Source of the DNA: Harriotta raleighana
Taxonomy: Eukaryota
DNA: 64,000 nt
NCBI GenBank assembly: GCA_050575255.1
Contig: JBNZDD010013683.1
Span: forward strand, 310,001 to 374,000
Direction: 5' to 3'
The position numbers and the translations under genes are program-made. Below the pieces are notes generated by a model that did no database searches, was not told where the DNA came from, and saw only the letters and a list, made by a program, of their open reading frames with translations. Every line of letters starts with the position of its first letter. Within the stretch, counting starts at the first letter, position 1. Below are positions 22,191-34,302 of this stretch, in pieces.

Positions 22191-25100
22191 GAATTGGCAA
22201 TAGTGAATTGACTTTACTGTATTCAAGAAACTAGGGTCCAGCACCCTTCCACCCTGCAGTATTTAGATTGCTTCCCCAATTGCATGGACGTGTGAGTGTT
22301 CACCATTATTCACCATGTCTGCATATTGCTGCCTGTGCAGTGGTTTTGAATCAAAACAACCTTCCCCAAGAATAGCAGCTGTGCTGAGCTAGTGAACTGT
22401 TTCTGCAGCTGAAGAAGTGAATACTTGTAGAACAGTTACAATCTCCAATTTTGTCAGATAGAATCATTCTCCTTGACACATTTACTGTTTTTAACACTTT
22501 CCCATGTGAACTCCCAAAAAGATATCCTGAAACTCAATAATAAAGGGGTGTGAAACCCTCATTATTCAGTGCCTTGGGACATTCCCCTGACTAGAAAGGC
22601 GATATATAATTGCAATTTGCTTTTGTAATCATAAAGCAGCAAAAGTATCAATATGGCATTTTTTTTAGGCAGTGGCATTGTCTATTTTCTCCAAGGTGAA
22701 TTCTCTTCCTGCTCCTGCAAGGTTGGAAGTAAAAAGCTAAAGAGTACCTCTGGCTTTGACTCCTCCTCACCGGCAGTCTCAGTACAACATAGACGATTCT
22801 ATTTGAAGCAGTCTGCTGTCCCCTGGAATATAAATATGGAGTTAACCAGTGTTCGAAGCTGAATGTTTAAATGGACTACTTAGGTTTTCAGAAGATAAAA
22901 CTCAATGTTGTCATAAAACATTAAAACAAATGCATCAATATTTTTTGTATTGATCTCCTCCGCTCCTCTAACTCCTACTTAAAACAGAATTTATATCAGC
23001 AAGCAAATACAGTTACTCCCAGTGTCTCTGAGGGTTCTCAATACAGTAGTATGATGGATGTTAAGATAAATATTGTATTTATTACAGGGCTGCTTTTCAT
23101 GCCTGCATTTTCTAATTCCAGATGAGCTGAGCTTTTAACTCACGCTTGCATTGAGGTGTTTTTTTTTGGATGTTTCACAGTCATCTAAAATAGGCAGTGG
23201 TTATTAAAAGCTTGTTATTGACCCTTTAAGTAATTTAAGTGAGTTTACCTCAGATCCTGGGAGTGAGGAGATGCGTATACAGTCGTGCCCTTTTCGAGTG
23301 GTTTTTGATCGGTGTGGTTTCATTAAAAGTAAATTCCCAACTCCATGCTGCTGTAGTAGATGCAAATGACTTGACACAGCACAACTGTGGTGCTGTGATT
23401 TATTAGAAATTGTCTTAAAGTCGTAAAAAACCTGCATACTTTCATTCCATTGTGTTTAAAACTTAATCACTGTGAATGGTAACTTTTAAGGTGTCGTTTC
23501 TCATGATAGTTTCTATTGACACTGAGCAAAATACAGTATACGCTAACTCTCCCTGGCTGTTTCATATTCTTTATGTTGCATTTTGCCAAACTTTACAATT
23601 TTTTTGTGGTTGTTACTGTTTGAAGAGCTATTCCAAGAAAGGGAGCTTTGACAGATGTTGAAAAAGCTTGAGTTTAAACCACATATAGAAAAGAAGCTTC
23701 CGTTAACTGTTTGATTCATCCCTATTATGCATAAACTTAAATTCTTTAGCTTATGATTTGTTTTAAAATTGGTGTTTAACTTTCATTTGCGCCTTCGTCC
23801 ATATACAGTAGTTAAAAATACTTTAGTGCTCCCAAACATTTTTTGTCTTTAATGCTCCAAGTTATGATGTGAAGTGCTCTATAAATGCAAGTTGTTGATG
23901 TTACTATTCTGCCCACCACCGTCAATATCTCTTTTTAATATTACTATTTGATGTATAAACACAACAAGAAAATTGATTGAATTCATGGCAGCTGATGTTT
24001 TTTGTATCTGATTATGTTAGTGGAGGATGGAAAAAGATGTGTTCCTCATAGTGAGTGTGTTGGAGTATATATCCTACACCATTTTTGCAGTTATTGAATT
24101 ACAGTTTTGTATTTTACCCTTGCGTTATTCCAGCAGTACTCTGGCATTGCGCTAATGTGCCATTTCTATTAACCACACATGCTCCACCTTGAAGAATATC
24201 AGCAACTTGGGATCAGGAAGATGCATTTCAGCTGTTCTGATAGTTCTCTTGCACCTTATTCTTCATTTTTTAAATACTCCCTCCGTTTGCTTATAGTTTT
24301 ACCAATTTTATTACTTCTACATTTGCTATCATAATTGTTAGCTAAATTTGTGCTGATCTGCATAATTTTTCCTGCTTGACTGCGAAAGCTGCTATGTTAC
24401 TTTTATGAGAATACTGCTGGAATAGTACAAGAGGAAAATACAACAATAATTTGCATTTATATAGAGCTGTTCAGGCAAGACAGCGTCTTGGAGTGCGTAA
24501 CAGTGGCGGAGCCTGACTCTGAGCTGGAGGGAGCGAGTAGGTAACCGTAAACATAGATCGAACAGTAAGGTCTCACTTACTTGGTAACAGGATCTGTTAA
24601 CATTCTTGGTATCAAGAGGGCCTCTTCAGCATGCTTGCCAGTTGTCATGCCACCCAGTCATGGATCAGAAACTACAATGATACATTTGAGATAAGTACAT
24701 AAATTGATCATGCCACTGATCGATCGGTATAATGAAGCTGCATTTCAGTTGCGTATTGTTTTTAAAAAAAGGTGATATTCACAAATTCTATTAATCCCTA
24801 CTCCACAGTCAGTGGTAGAAGTCAAATCAATACATAAAAGAATGTTTCCTGCTAGAAAACCACCATGTTTTGCATAAACCACTCATGCTGCCTTGTGTAA
24901 ACATTTTGTGCTGGTTCATGTGAGATTCCCTAGAGAATTGATTTGCAGAAGTTAGCTCTTTAATACCAATAGTAACCATATGTTATGATTTAAAATGCCA
25001 CACAACTGTTTTGCAATGTAACATCCTGGTTTCGCTTGTTAAAAAGCATTTCAAATTTCAGAAACCCAGTGAGTTGTAAGTTTGTGTGGATAGTGTATTT

Positions 25101-26092
25101 TTTACTTTTCATTTATATTAAATGTTTGCTTTGGGGCTTTGTAAGTGTTGAATGTAACATACTATTTAAAATTGCAACTTTGTCTCTTGAGTAATTTCTA
25201 ATTATATTAGAGATACCATACCAAACTATAGATTTAAAAAACATATCCCACAGGTACAGTATTATTTGAGCCTATTTCTCTTTCACCCAAATCTTATTAG
25301 AATTAGTAATCAGCACTTTGCAATATTTATCCTCGAATTGCCATTTTTACAATATTTGCATGGCCACATTTATGCACGGTTATTTTGCTGTGATGTTTAA
25401 TGCCCCATTTATACTGTACTTTCAGTTTAGATTGATTAATTGTGTGAATAGCATCACAACAAAGTTAAATATGTAGCAGCAACCCACTTTCCTCCATACA
25501 ACTCAAAACTAATTTTATGCTTGCGTCAGCTGGTGAAAACCCTTTCAGAAGAATGCTTCAATAGAAAGGTATTTGCACAATTGTAGGATAGATAAAACAG
25601 TGAAAATGATTTGGTATCCCCACTCCCGCCATCTTTTATTTGACTAATGAACAGTTTTTTTAATGTAAATTCTTAGTAAATTCTAAGTTTCAAAAATGTC
25701 CTGGGGCCTCTCCGTAACTAGTTTCAATGTTCACTCTGAACATGCAGGAAGCACAGGCTTATTGATTGTATGATGACACGTAAATTGATACAAACGTAGT
25801 GAAGTCTTTTGGGATTCTTCAAAATGTCACATTATTTGGTGAGACAGGCAATATAAATCCAATCTGCTCCCTCACATCAGTCTGAACCTCAGGTGAAAAT
25901 TACATTATATAGCAGGTGCTAGAAAACAATGGTGCTTTTCAGAAGTATATTCTCACTGCTTCGATACAGCTTAATGGAATTAATGCACGTTACTTTTCCA
26001 CATAATTACTGCTGTACTTTACCCCCCACCCTCTGACAGAGCAAATCTGCTGTTGTCCGCTGTCCTATTGGAATTGATTGGAATTGGAAAGA

Positions 26093-26192
26093 ATGGAAAA
26101 GGAAATCATTCAAGATGCTTTGGATAGATTTTGCAGTAGCCACGAGCAAACCTATGATGAATTTCTGGAATCCTTTCTTTACTTGAATAAAG
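26093..26192 (+). CDS. IFTAP: IFTAP (NWC/C11orf74) first coding exon (exon starts 26040)
   Basis: Acceptor ctctgacag|26040; MEKEIIQDALDRFCSSHEQTYDEFLESFLYLNK carries the HEQTYD motif; donor AG|gtatgt, phase 1. Confidence 0.9.
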
Positions 26193-26704
26193 GTATGTAT
26201 ATCTGAGAATATAGTACTGTGTTTAAGTAATGCCTGTGCTTATTATGAACACTGATCACCTGATTTTAACACTCCATTGCATTCTTGGCAGAACGATGCT
26301 GTCCCTAAGATGAAACAGAGGTACTATCTGCTTTTGAGTTTCTCCTGATGTTCTTGACAATAACCCTCTCGATAACTTGGTGATTCAACTGATGGCTGTT
26401 TGTATAACGTTAATGTATCCATGTTGCCCATGTATTTTCATACCAAATATATTCACTATACTGTGCTTTACGGTAATCAGTGTAAAGTGCTTTGAGACAT
26501 TTCAATGTTCTAGGTGTATCAAATGCAAGATTTTGATATTGATATAACCAATATGGATTGGTAAATTTATTGCAATATTATAGTGAATAGGCTCGTCAGT
26601 GGGAAATTTGACCAGTTGCCTTGCTCAGACTGCCCTCTGACTAGATTAGTACTACAAAAAGCGAGCTGCCAAATGGCTTTTTCATTTTCGGCTTCCATTT
26701 ATAG

Positions 26705-26857
26705 AAAACCTGAAGAGACCTGAAGAGAAGGCAGTACCTCCAGAAATTGGTGGTGAAGCGAAGGATGAGGAGGACATTCCACCCCAGAGGAAAGAGTCAG
26801 CAGAATGTGTACTAAATATACAGAAGCTAAATATATGCAAGCATGATGAAGAGGCAG
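26705..26857 (+). CDS. IFTAP: IFTAP coding exon 2
   Basis: Acceptor ccatttatag|; open frame (E)NLKRPEEKAVPPEIGGEAKDEEDIPPQRKESAECVLNIQKLNICKHDEEA; donor CAG|gtattc, phase 1. Confidence 0.7.
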
Positions 26858-27185
26858 GTATTCAGTTTTTGCCAAATATTAGCAATAACTTGCTGATTCA
26901 GAGATTAAAATTACATAAAATTATTAGATAAGATATAGTATTTCTGAGACCATATGTCGTTTTATATTTCAAATTTTTATAGGTTTGGCTCTAGACATCC
27001 AAGATTGTAATTTTAGTACAGTATTTGGGGTTATTTTTGAGGAAGCAATAAAATAATTGCCATTTTTTAAAAGAAAAATTCAAGTCCTTCTATTATGTAC
27101 TCTACTATAAAGCATTGCTTCTCTGCAGAACAGAACTTCTTCCACTTTTAATTATTTTTTGCTTTACATTGTATTATTGATGTAG

Positions 27186-27241
27186 GATTCAAGATTGGTA
27201 GCTTTCAAGAAGGGGACTTGTCACTTGTGGGAAGAGTTAAA
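27186..27241 (+). CDS. IFTAP: IFTAP coding exon 3
   Basis: tgtag|; (G)FKIGSFQEGDLSLVGRVK resembles the recalled mouse G.KVGSSFQGDL..AGKVK; donor AAA|gtaagc, phase 0. Confidence 0.7.
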
Positions 27242-30140
27242 GTAAGCTAGACATTTTGCAACCTCTTTCTGCCTTTTGTCTTTTTAAAAAAAAAGAATAT
27301 GTCTTGCAATTATGTTTCTAAATTTCATCTCATTGGCATTTGGAGAACCCATGCATACTGGAGTGCAATTTCGTAGGCTCTGGTTGCGCTCCAGTATCCT
27401 TTCGACGTGGTCAGTGTGTGTTGGTCAGCCACTCAACTGTAGAGGGCATCGCAGCCAAGCATCATCTCTCCTCTTCTCACTCAGCTGCCACATGTTTCAA
27501 AGAAGGACCAGGAATCCACCTGGCTTTCCTCCACCTAGCCCGGGAAAGTTGGGACCAACGGAGCCACCAATTGGAAACAGGAATAGGCCTTTCAGGCCCT
27601 TGATCCTATTCCGCCATCCTATAGATTCATGCCTGATCTGTACCTCAAATCCAATTACCCACCTTGCCCTGTATCTCTTAATACCCACACATGCAATCCT
27701 GTTTGAGATCAGCAAACTCTATGTGGTTGGATTCAAACCAGTGAGCTTCCAGTCCATGAGCTACAGGTTTCTTAAATGTTTGGATGCAGGTGTCACAGGC
27801 ATTGTTCATATCAACCATATAATATTAGCTTTAATCTAAACTTCATTGGGAAATAGGAAAATTCAGATTTATGCAGACCAGTCATTGTGCTGTAAATATC
27901 ATTGTTAGTTTTGGTATTTATCATCTCCTTTTTTCTTCAGTTTTTTCCCTCTGAAATGTTTGGTTATAAAGCTAAATGCTGCAAGTTTTACAACTAGCTG
28001 CATCAATGTTCTGTTCGGAAGTGTAACAGTTTTAACAAACAATTCAAATAAGCTCAAACACCTATAACTTGCTTAAGGTGCCTTTTTAAAAAAAAATCTA
28101 AGTACTGTAATGTAATTCATGACTGCATTTGACTAACTTTCCTTGTATGCACCGTGACTAGTAAGGTCTGTCATAAACAGATCCACTGACACTTGCATCC
28201 ACCATTTCCTGTTTGTGTTACCATATGGAACGGTTGTTATCCTGTTTGTGATACTGTGAAGTTTTCTCTCTCGTTTTACACAGAATGTATTTTCCTTTAA
28301 AAAAAAGTTTTGAAGCTGTAAGTAATATCCAGAATATTTAAATAATACAAAATTACATTTGTATAGTGCCTTTCACATCTGGAGGATGTCCCAAGGTGCT
28401 GAACAGTCAAGGATTTAGACCCGAGCTGGGGGATTTAATCAAGTCATGGAATTAACATTAAACACTAAAGTATTTTTGTGTCTCTGCCAAATAGTGATTG
28501 TTTTCACTGGTTGCAGTTATTTATAATATAATCCCAATGCAGCCAAATACCCTGCAGTAAGGTGTTAATGGTTTTCTGATCAAAGATTCAGAGTCTAGTA
28601 GATGCGAGCATTGGCAATCTATCTGCCAAATGGCCTGTTTCATTGACTTGCAGTCTGTTGGTTTCTGCCTTCTCATGAGAACAAACTGGCTCTGCAATTG
28701 CTGATTAGGGTGAAAACACATTTCTACCGAAGGACTTACAAGCAGACTATTAAATGACTGCACTTTGGACCATAGACAGTAGTTACAATGATTAGAAAAG
28801 TGACACTGAAAATGTAGATTTACTGTGAACTTCAAAATGGATCTAATTTGAATTGGGAAGCAGATTCTCACAATCTATGAAGTGACCTGAACAGTAATGC
28901 AATAAATGGGTTGATGTTCAATTGTTCTCAGATTTTATTGTTGAGAATGAGATGTAACGCAACAAAAACTCGAATTTCCTTTCTCAGAGCTATTATCGTA
29001 AACTGGGGAGGTGGATATATTTGGATATGAATGCATTTTATTCCCCTAGGTGATTGAATTCTTGAATTGGCCATGCTTTAGTATTGGCACTTGGGTTTTC
29101 AATAACAACTTTGATTTATATAGCGCCCTCCACTCCAGATGGCATCTCAGAGTGCTCCATAATTCAGATGGCCACATTGTATATGTTCATTACGCTGCAC
29201 CATGTCACACCTACATACCTGGCTGTGGAGGATGNTGTTTTCAATAACAACAACTTTGATTTATATAGCGCCCTCCACTCCAGATGGCGTCTCAGAGTGC
29301 TCCATAATTCAGATGGCCACATTGTATACGTTCATTACGCTGCACCATGTCACACCTACATACCTGGCTGTGGAGGATGGCATTTGAAATTGAGATTGCC
29401 CAAATACTCAATGTTGGCAGTACATTTAGTCCTGCTTCACATACATTGAACCGACTGGAGTTAAATTCAAATATGTCAATCCATTCCATGGGATTGACTG
29501 ATATTAGTAAGTAGATGAGGCAATTTTCAATCATGTTGTGCATTTATATATTGTATGAGAGTTAGGTGTATGCCTGGACATAGGCTCTTCTATAAATTAA
29601 AAGTAGGTTCTTTAAAAACTCGGGCAGTTTGGTAGAGCTTTTAAAATGGCCAGACATTAGCAGAGCTTGAATTGATTTGCACTGCCTGCATTTTTACTGC
29701 CAGCAGTACTGATCCTTAACCTGATGAAACCTTAACCTCCTCCTCACTGTGCTTCAGGCAAACAGGTTCAGTGGAAATAGCTTTCTCGTCATTGCACTTA
29801 TGACAGGATTTATAACATGGTTTTTGTTTGTTGACTTGGTACAATTTTCTTGTAAATAGGGGTATTACTTACCTGTTACAATTCAAAGTGATGTCACAGT
29901 GGAGCACTGCTAGCAGCGATTGGTGTGTCAGACGATGGCACAATGCCTTATTGTTGGATGCCCCGTTAGTTGGTGTTTTTCAAGCTTTCCAATTCACATG
30001 ACTGTTGTTCAAAACTCCCTGTTGAAAACACACATCCATAACTGATCATGGCAAATGAGGTTTGGTGGGTTTATCGTAAGATTTGGAAGTATTCATTTAA
30101 TAAGAGATTTTATTAATAATATGTCGATCTTTAACTTAAG

Positions 30141-30207
30141 GTAGACAATTACATGGAGTCTGAAGGTGAAGACTGTGAGGAAGAAGTCATCAACCTCAGG
30201 GACACTG
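30141..30207 (+). CDS. IFTAP: IFTAP coding exon 4
   Basis: aacttaag|VDNYMESEGEDCEEEVINLRDT G|gtaagt, 67 nt, with the conserved VDN(F/Y) start. Confidence 0.8.
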
Positions 30208-32170
30208 GTAAGTGTTCGCCATATGTATACAGATTAAGCAAATAACAACAACAAATTTAGTAAATCAATAAAGAGATTTGCATTTCATAGAATTATACAG
30301 CACAGAAGGAGGCCATTCAGTTCATCGTGTCTGGCCTGGCACTTTGAAAAGAGCTGTCCAAATCAATCACACTCCCCCGATCTCTCGCCCTACAACCCTA
30401 TCCCCAATTAACCATCCACTTTTGTCCAGATGGTTTTTGTTTCTAGCATGGATACTTTCATGTTTACAAAGAAATAATTTGGTGCTCCTATCTTCCTCAA
30501 TTACTGCTTGCTTCTGCAGCTTCCTAATTGCTAACACAGTTTCTTATCACTACATAGCAAATTTCTTGGGTAAACGCAGTTACAAGCTAATGAAAAATAA
30601 GAAACTTTTCAGTAGCTTCCAAATTAGAATTTTTGTATTAATGTAACATAACTGCTTGTTTGACTACAATGTACACTTTGCACCGCATCTGGTGAAATGG
30701 CTTGAGATGTCTCCTGACATGAAACCTCCTTGCATTGAAGGTAAAGGTTATTTATATTGTTATATGTAGGCTCTGCTTCAACAACAGCAAAAACAAACAA
30801 CAATAAGTTGCATTCATACCACGCCTTTCATGTTGGGAGTACGCCCGAAGGCGCTAGACAGTCAGGCAATCAGTAATAAGAATTCTTAAGAACTGAACAG
30901 GTCTTTAATATGAATTCAGTATATCAGTCGGGCAATAAGGAAACCTCAAAACAAAATTTTGGTACAACCTCGATTGTATAACAATGGACATTGTGTAATA
31001 TTTTCTGGGCTCAGTTCAGAATAAATAATTCTTAATAATTATTATGAAGTCACAAACAAATTTTGCTCCTTTGTTACATCATGAGTTTTTAAAAAAAAAA
31101 TCTTATTTGCATTATGTAGCATTCACACACCAATGTCAAACAGAGGTTACTGGTTTTAATGCCCATTTACAAGTATGCATTTCATAAGCTCAGGACATTT
31201 TCCTTTCAAATATGGGATTACAAATTTGATCAATTTATTTAAATACACATTTATCTGTTTTCTAACTCATCGAGAGTACAGTAAACGCTAACCAGGGATG
31301 GTCCCATTGTGTCGCTGTCGCCTCAGATGGCTGTTCTGCACCAATGCCGCTCATCAAAACACAGCTGGCCAGATAAGCTTCAAAACACTAGACACCAATC
31401 ATGAATGTGCTAATTGGCTAAGGAATTAAACAAATGTTGTTGTTAGGATATTGTTCGAAGCACAGATGATTTACCACATTTCTTTGAATAAGAAGTAAGG
31501 GCCAAAAATAATTGTAGCACATAAAGGATTCTTCCTACGCGCTCTCCTTTGTCTGATGAAGAGATGGATCAGTTTTTCTCGTCAGCTCCTACTAATCTAC
31601 AGCCATTAGCTTCTATTCTAATTAAGAGAAAGGTGCAGGGTGATTCATTCCGGTAATATAGTGTATTCAAATCAAAATAGTTTAATGTTATTCTGTGAGT
31701 ATAATCATATTTGTATAGCGTTGGCGTAACCCAACAAAGGTTCTTCCTTGGGTTTGAGTATTGAAACCTTTTTGCATCTGTCAGAGAGATATGGTGATCT
31801 TAAAGCAAGCCAAAGTTTGAAGGATCAAATTATTTCACAGAGACGTTTTTAAAGAAAGAATGAACTAGAATTCTGCAATTTAGAACAATGAGCTGCTGGT
31901 TCCAGCCACAGTCTCTCTAACATGCACCTTGCGGGGGGAAATGACTCTTGGTGTACTCTTATGTAGCATTTTAGAGTGACCAGATTTGTACAAATTGATA
32001 AATTCAGTTTTAGCTTTGAAGCTGTTTTTCTGTAGCTCTTAAAAGAGTGGGAGATCTTACAGCACATTGATGTGAGATTGACTGGTTTCACTGGAAGTTG
32101 GCCATTTTTTATGCGTGGGGAGCTGGCTACAGGTTCACGGGGCACCCACATTATTAGCAAATCTGCATTA

Positions 32171-33061
32171 CAATAAAACCCCGTTTTTCTGGCAATCCAC
32201 AGGACCTGGCCAGTGACGGTTAAAGGTTTTTTCCGGTTGAACAGGTTTAAAAAACTATTTGTTTTGGATTAAAAATTATTTTAACACATACCATATTAAT
32301 AATAGGCTAAATAATAACAGAATATTTTATTAGTACATTTTTATTTATACTTAACTTCGAAATCGCAGCATTGATTCGACGGAGGTAAAACAAAACGCGA
32401 CTTTAAAAAGCAACGAGTTTAGATCTGATTTTTGACGGCCAACACACACACACACAGACAGACAGACACACACTTACACACACACACACACACACACACA
32501 GACCCTCAAAGATATTCAGTTTGAATCCATTATATAAATTCTGTCCACAATCCTCACACCCCCTCCCTTTCCTCTCCCTCCCTCTCTCTCTGCATTAACC
32601 TGCCTGCCATTACTGTCTCTCTTTCTCTCACTCCATTAGGCTTTCCCCCATCTCTCTCTCCCTTTTCCCCATCTCTCATTCACCCTCCTCTCTTTCTCTG
32701 TCTCTCCATCTCCCCCTCCCTCTCTCTCTCCGTTTCCTCCATCCCCCTCCCCTCTCTCCATTTCCTCCATCCCCCTCCCCTCTCTCTCTCTCTCTGTTTC
32801 CTCCATTCGCCCCCCCTCCCTCCCTCTCTCTCTGGCTGCTACCTGCAGCAGTATTTATTATGTACTGTATACTTAACTTCCCAATGGCAGCACTCATCCG
32901 AACGAGCGAGGTAAAAAAACAACCGCGACTTTTAAAAGAAGACACAAGTTTAGACCCGACAATAAACGCGTTGCCGGATAACTTCCGGTTCATTGAATTT
33001 TGAGATGGTGATTGAACAGGTTTTCCGATTATTCGAGTCGCGGATAAACAAGGTTTTACTG
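32171..33061. mobile_element. Non-autonomous Tc1/mariner (pogo/Tigger-like) DNA transposon
   Basis: TA|CAATAAAACCCCGTTTTTCTG ... CGGATAAACAAGGTTTTACTG|TA: 21-bp TIRs (16/21 match) flanked by TA. Internal (CA)n and CT-rich tracts. Confidence 0.75.
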
Positions 33062-33921
33062 TATAATTAAATATGTTATCATGGGACTCTACCATCATTA
33101 TTAAAGAGAAGTTAATTGTTTTAGAAACCTGAACAAGTGATGGCAGACCCAACTGAAATGTGGATAAATACAAGGGCAAAATTGGTAGTTAGTAAAGGAT
33201 GTTAGTAAAGTAAAAAGACAACCGTGAGACAATCCTGATCAGATACCTTGGTTAAATGAAGAAGAAAATTGGCCTGAGATGGAAGATTTTTAGAAAAGGA
33301 ATGGATTCGACCCTTATGAAAGAACAAGGATAGGTTTCAGCTGGAACATAAAAACTGCAAGCTAAACTGAGTAGGGTCAGGAGACGTGTAAATGTAGCGA
33401 TCAGTTCTAACATGAAAAGGTCAAGTGAGACGAAGACTGATAACACTGAAATATTTTCTCAAATAATTGCAGTGTCAGTTAGCAAAAAGGTGATTCTATA
33501 ATGGGCCTGCCGCACACTAGCTCCCTGTTGAGAATAAATTATGCTTTTCCTACATTTATGCATTAAAAGAGTTCCTGCAAAATATGATCTCAGCTCTCTT
33601 TTTACCCCATCCGAAAATAGAAAATTGTTCCTATCAAATAAAATATTCAAATGTTACTTCAATAGACTTCAATTCTGGTGGCAGGTCTCGTTTGTTCCAT
33701 GCTATCTTTTGGGCATGACTGTGTATTGATTTGGTGTCTGGAAATTACCAGCCCCAATGCTTCTTATGAATGCTGGCTGATGTGAGAGAGTGTAGAATTG
33801 TTAGGACATGTTGCAGTTTAGTGCATCATACTTTGCATTTGGAACTATGATTGTGAGCATTCGATGTTTTGAATTTTTCTCGACAAAGTTTTGCTTAAAT
33901 TTCATCCTTCTTTCAAACCAT

Positions 33922-34302
33922 GGAGTCCTGTAGCTCAGTGGTTAGAGCACTCACCTAGCAAGCCAAAGAACTGGGTGTGATTCCCGGCAGAGCAAAATGT
34001 TGAGCAAGGTTCCTTACTCCACACTCCTCTGTTTATCTAGCTGTAAGTAGGAACCCATTTGTTGGTCGATTGGTGGATTTCTTTTCCAGGGGTAATAAAT
34101 ACTTTTAAAAATAGATCAAATAATATATTGGTCACTTCAATCCACCACTATTTGCGCAAAACTGTTGTGTGCAATTGGCTGCTGCGTTTCATCCACAAAG
34201 TACACTGTCAATTTATAGTACAATGTATTCTGTGAAGGCCTTTGAGGAGTCTCAACGGTGTGATAAGGTGCTATATCAAATGCAAGGATCATTAATATTA
34301 TT
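33922..34302 (+). mobile_element. tRNA-derived SINE, near full length
   Basis: ggagtcctgtagctcagtggttagagcactc head through the tatcaaatgcaaggatc tail. Confidence 0.8.

Noticed and set aside
2200-23480. Remnant ProtoRAG TIRs or TSD flanking RAG1-RAG2
   Set aside because: No convincing inverted heptamer pair found by eye. The heptamer at 23468 has only a 5/9 nonamer.
27312-27839. 175-aa ORF in an IFTAP intron
   Set aside because: No recognisable domain, and it overlaps a reverse CR1-like tail fragment (about 27570-27680).
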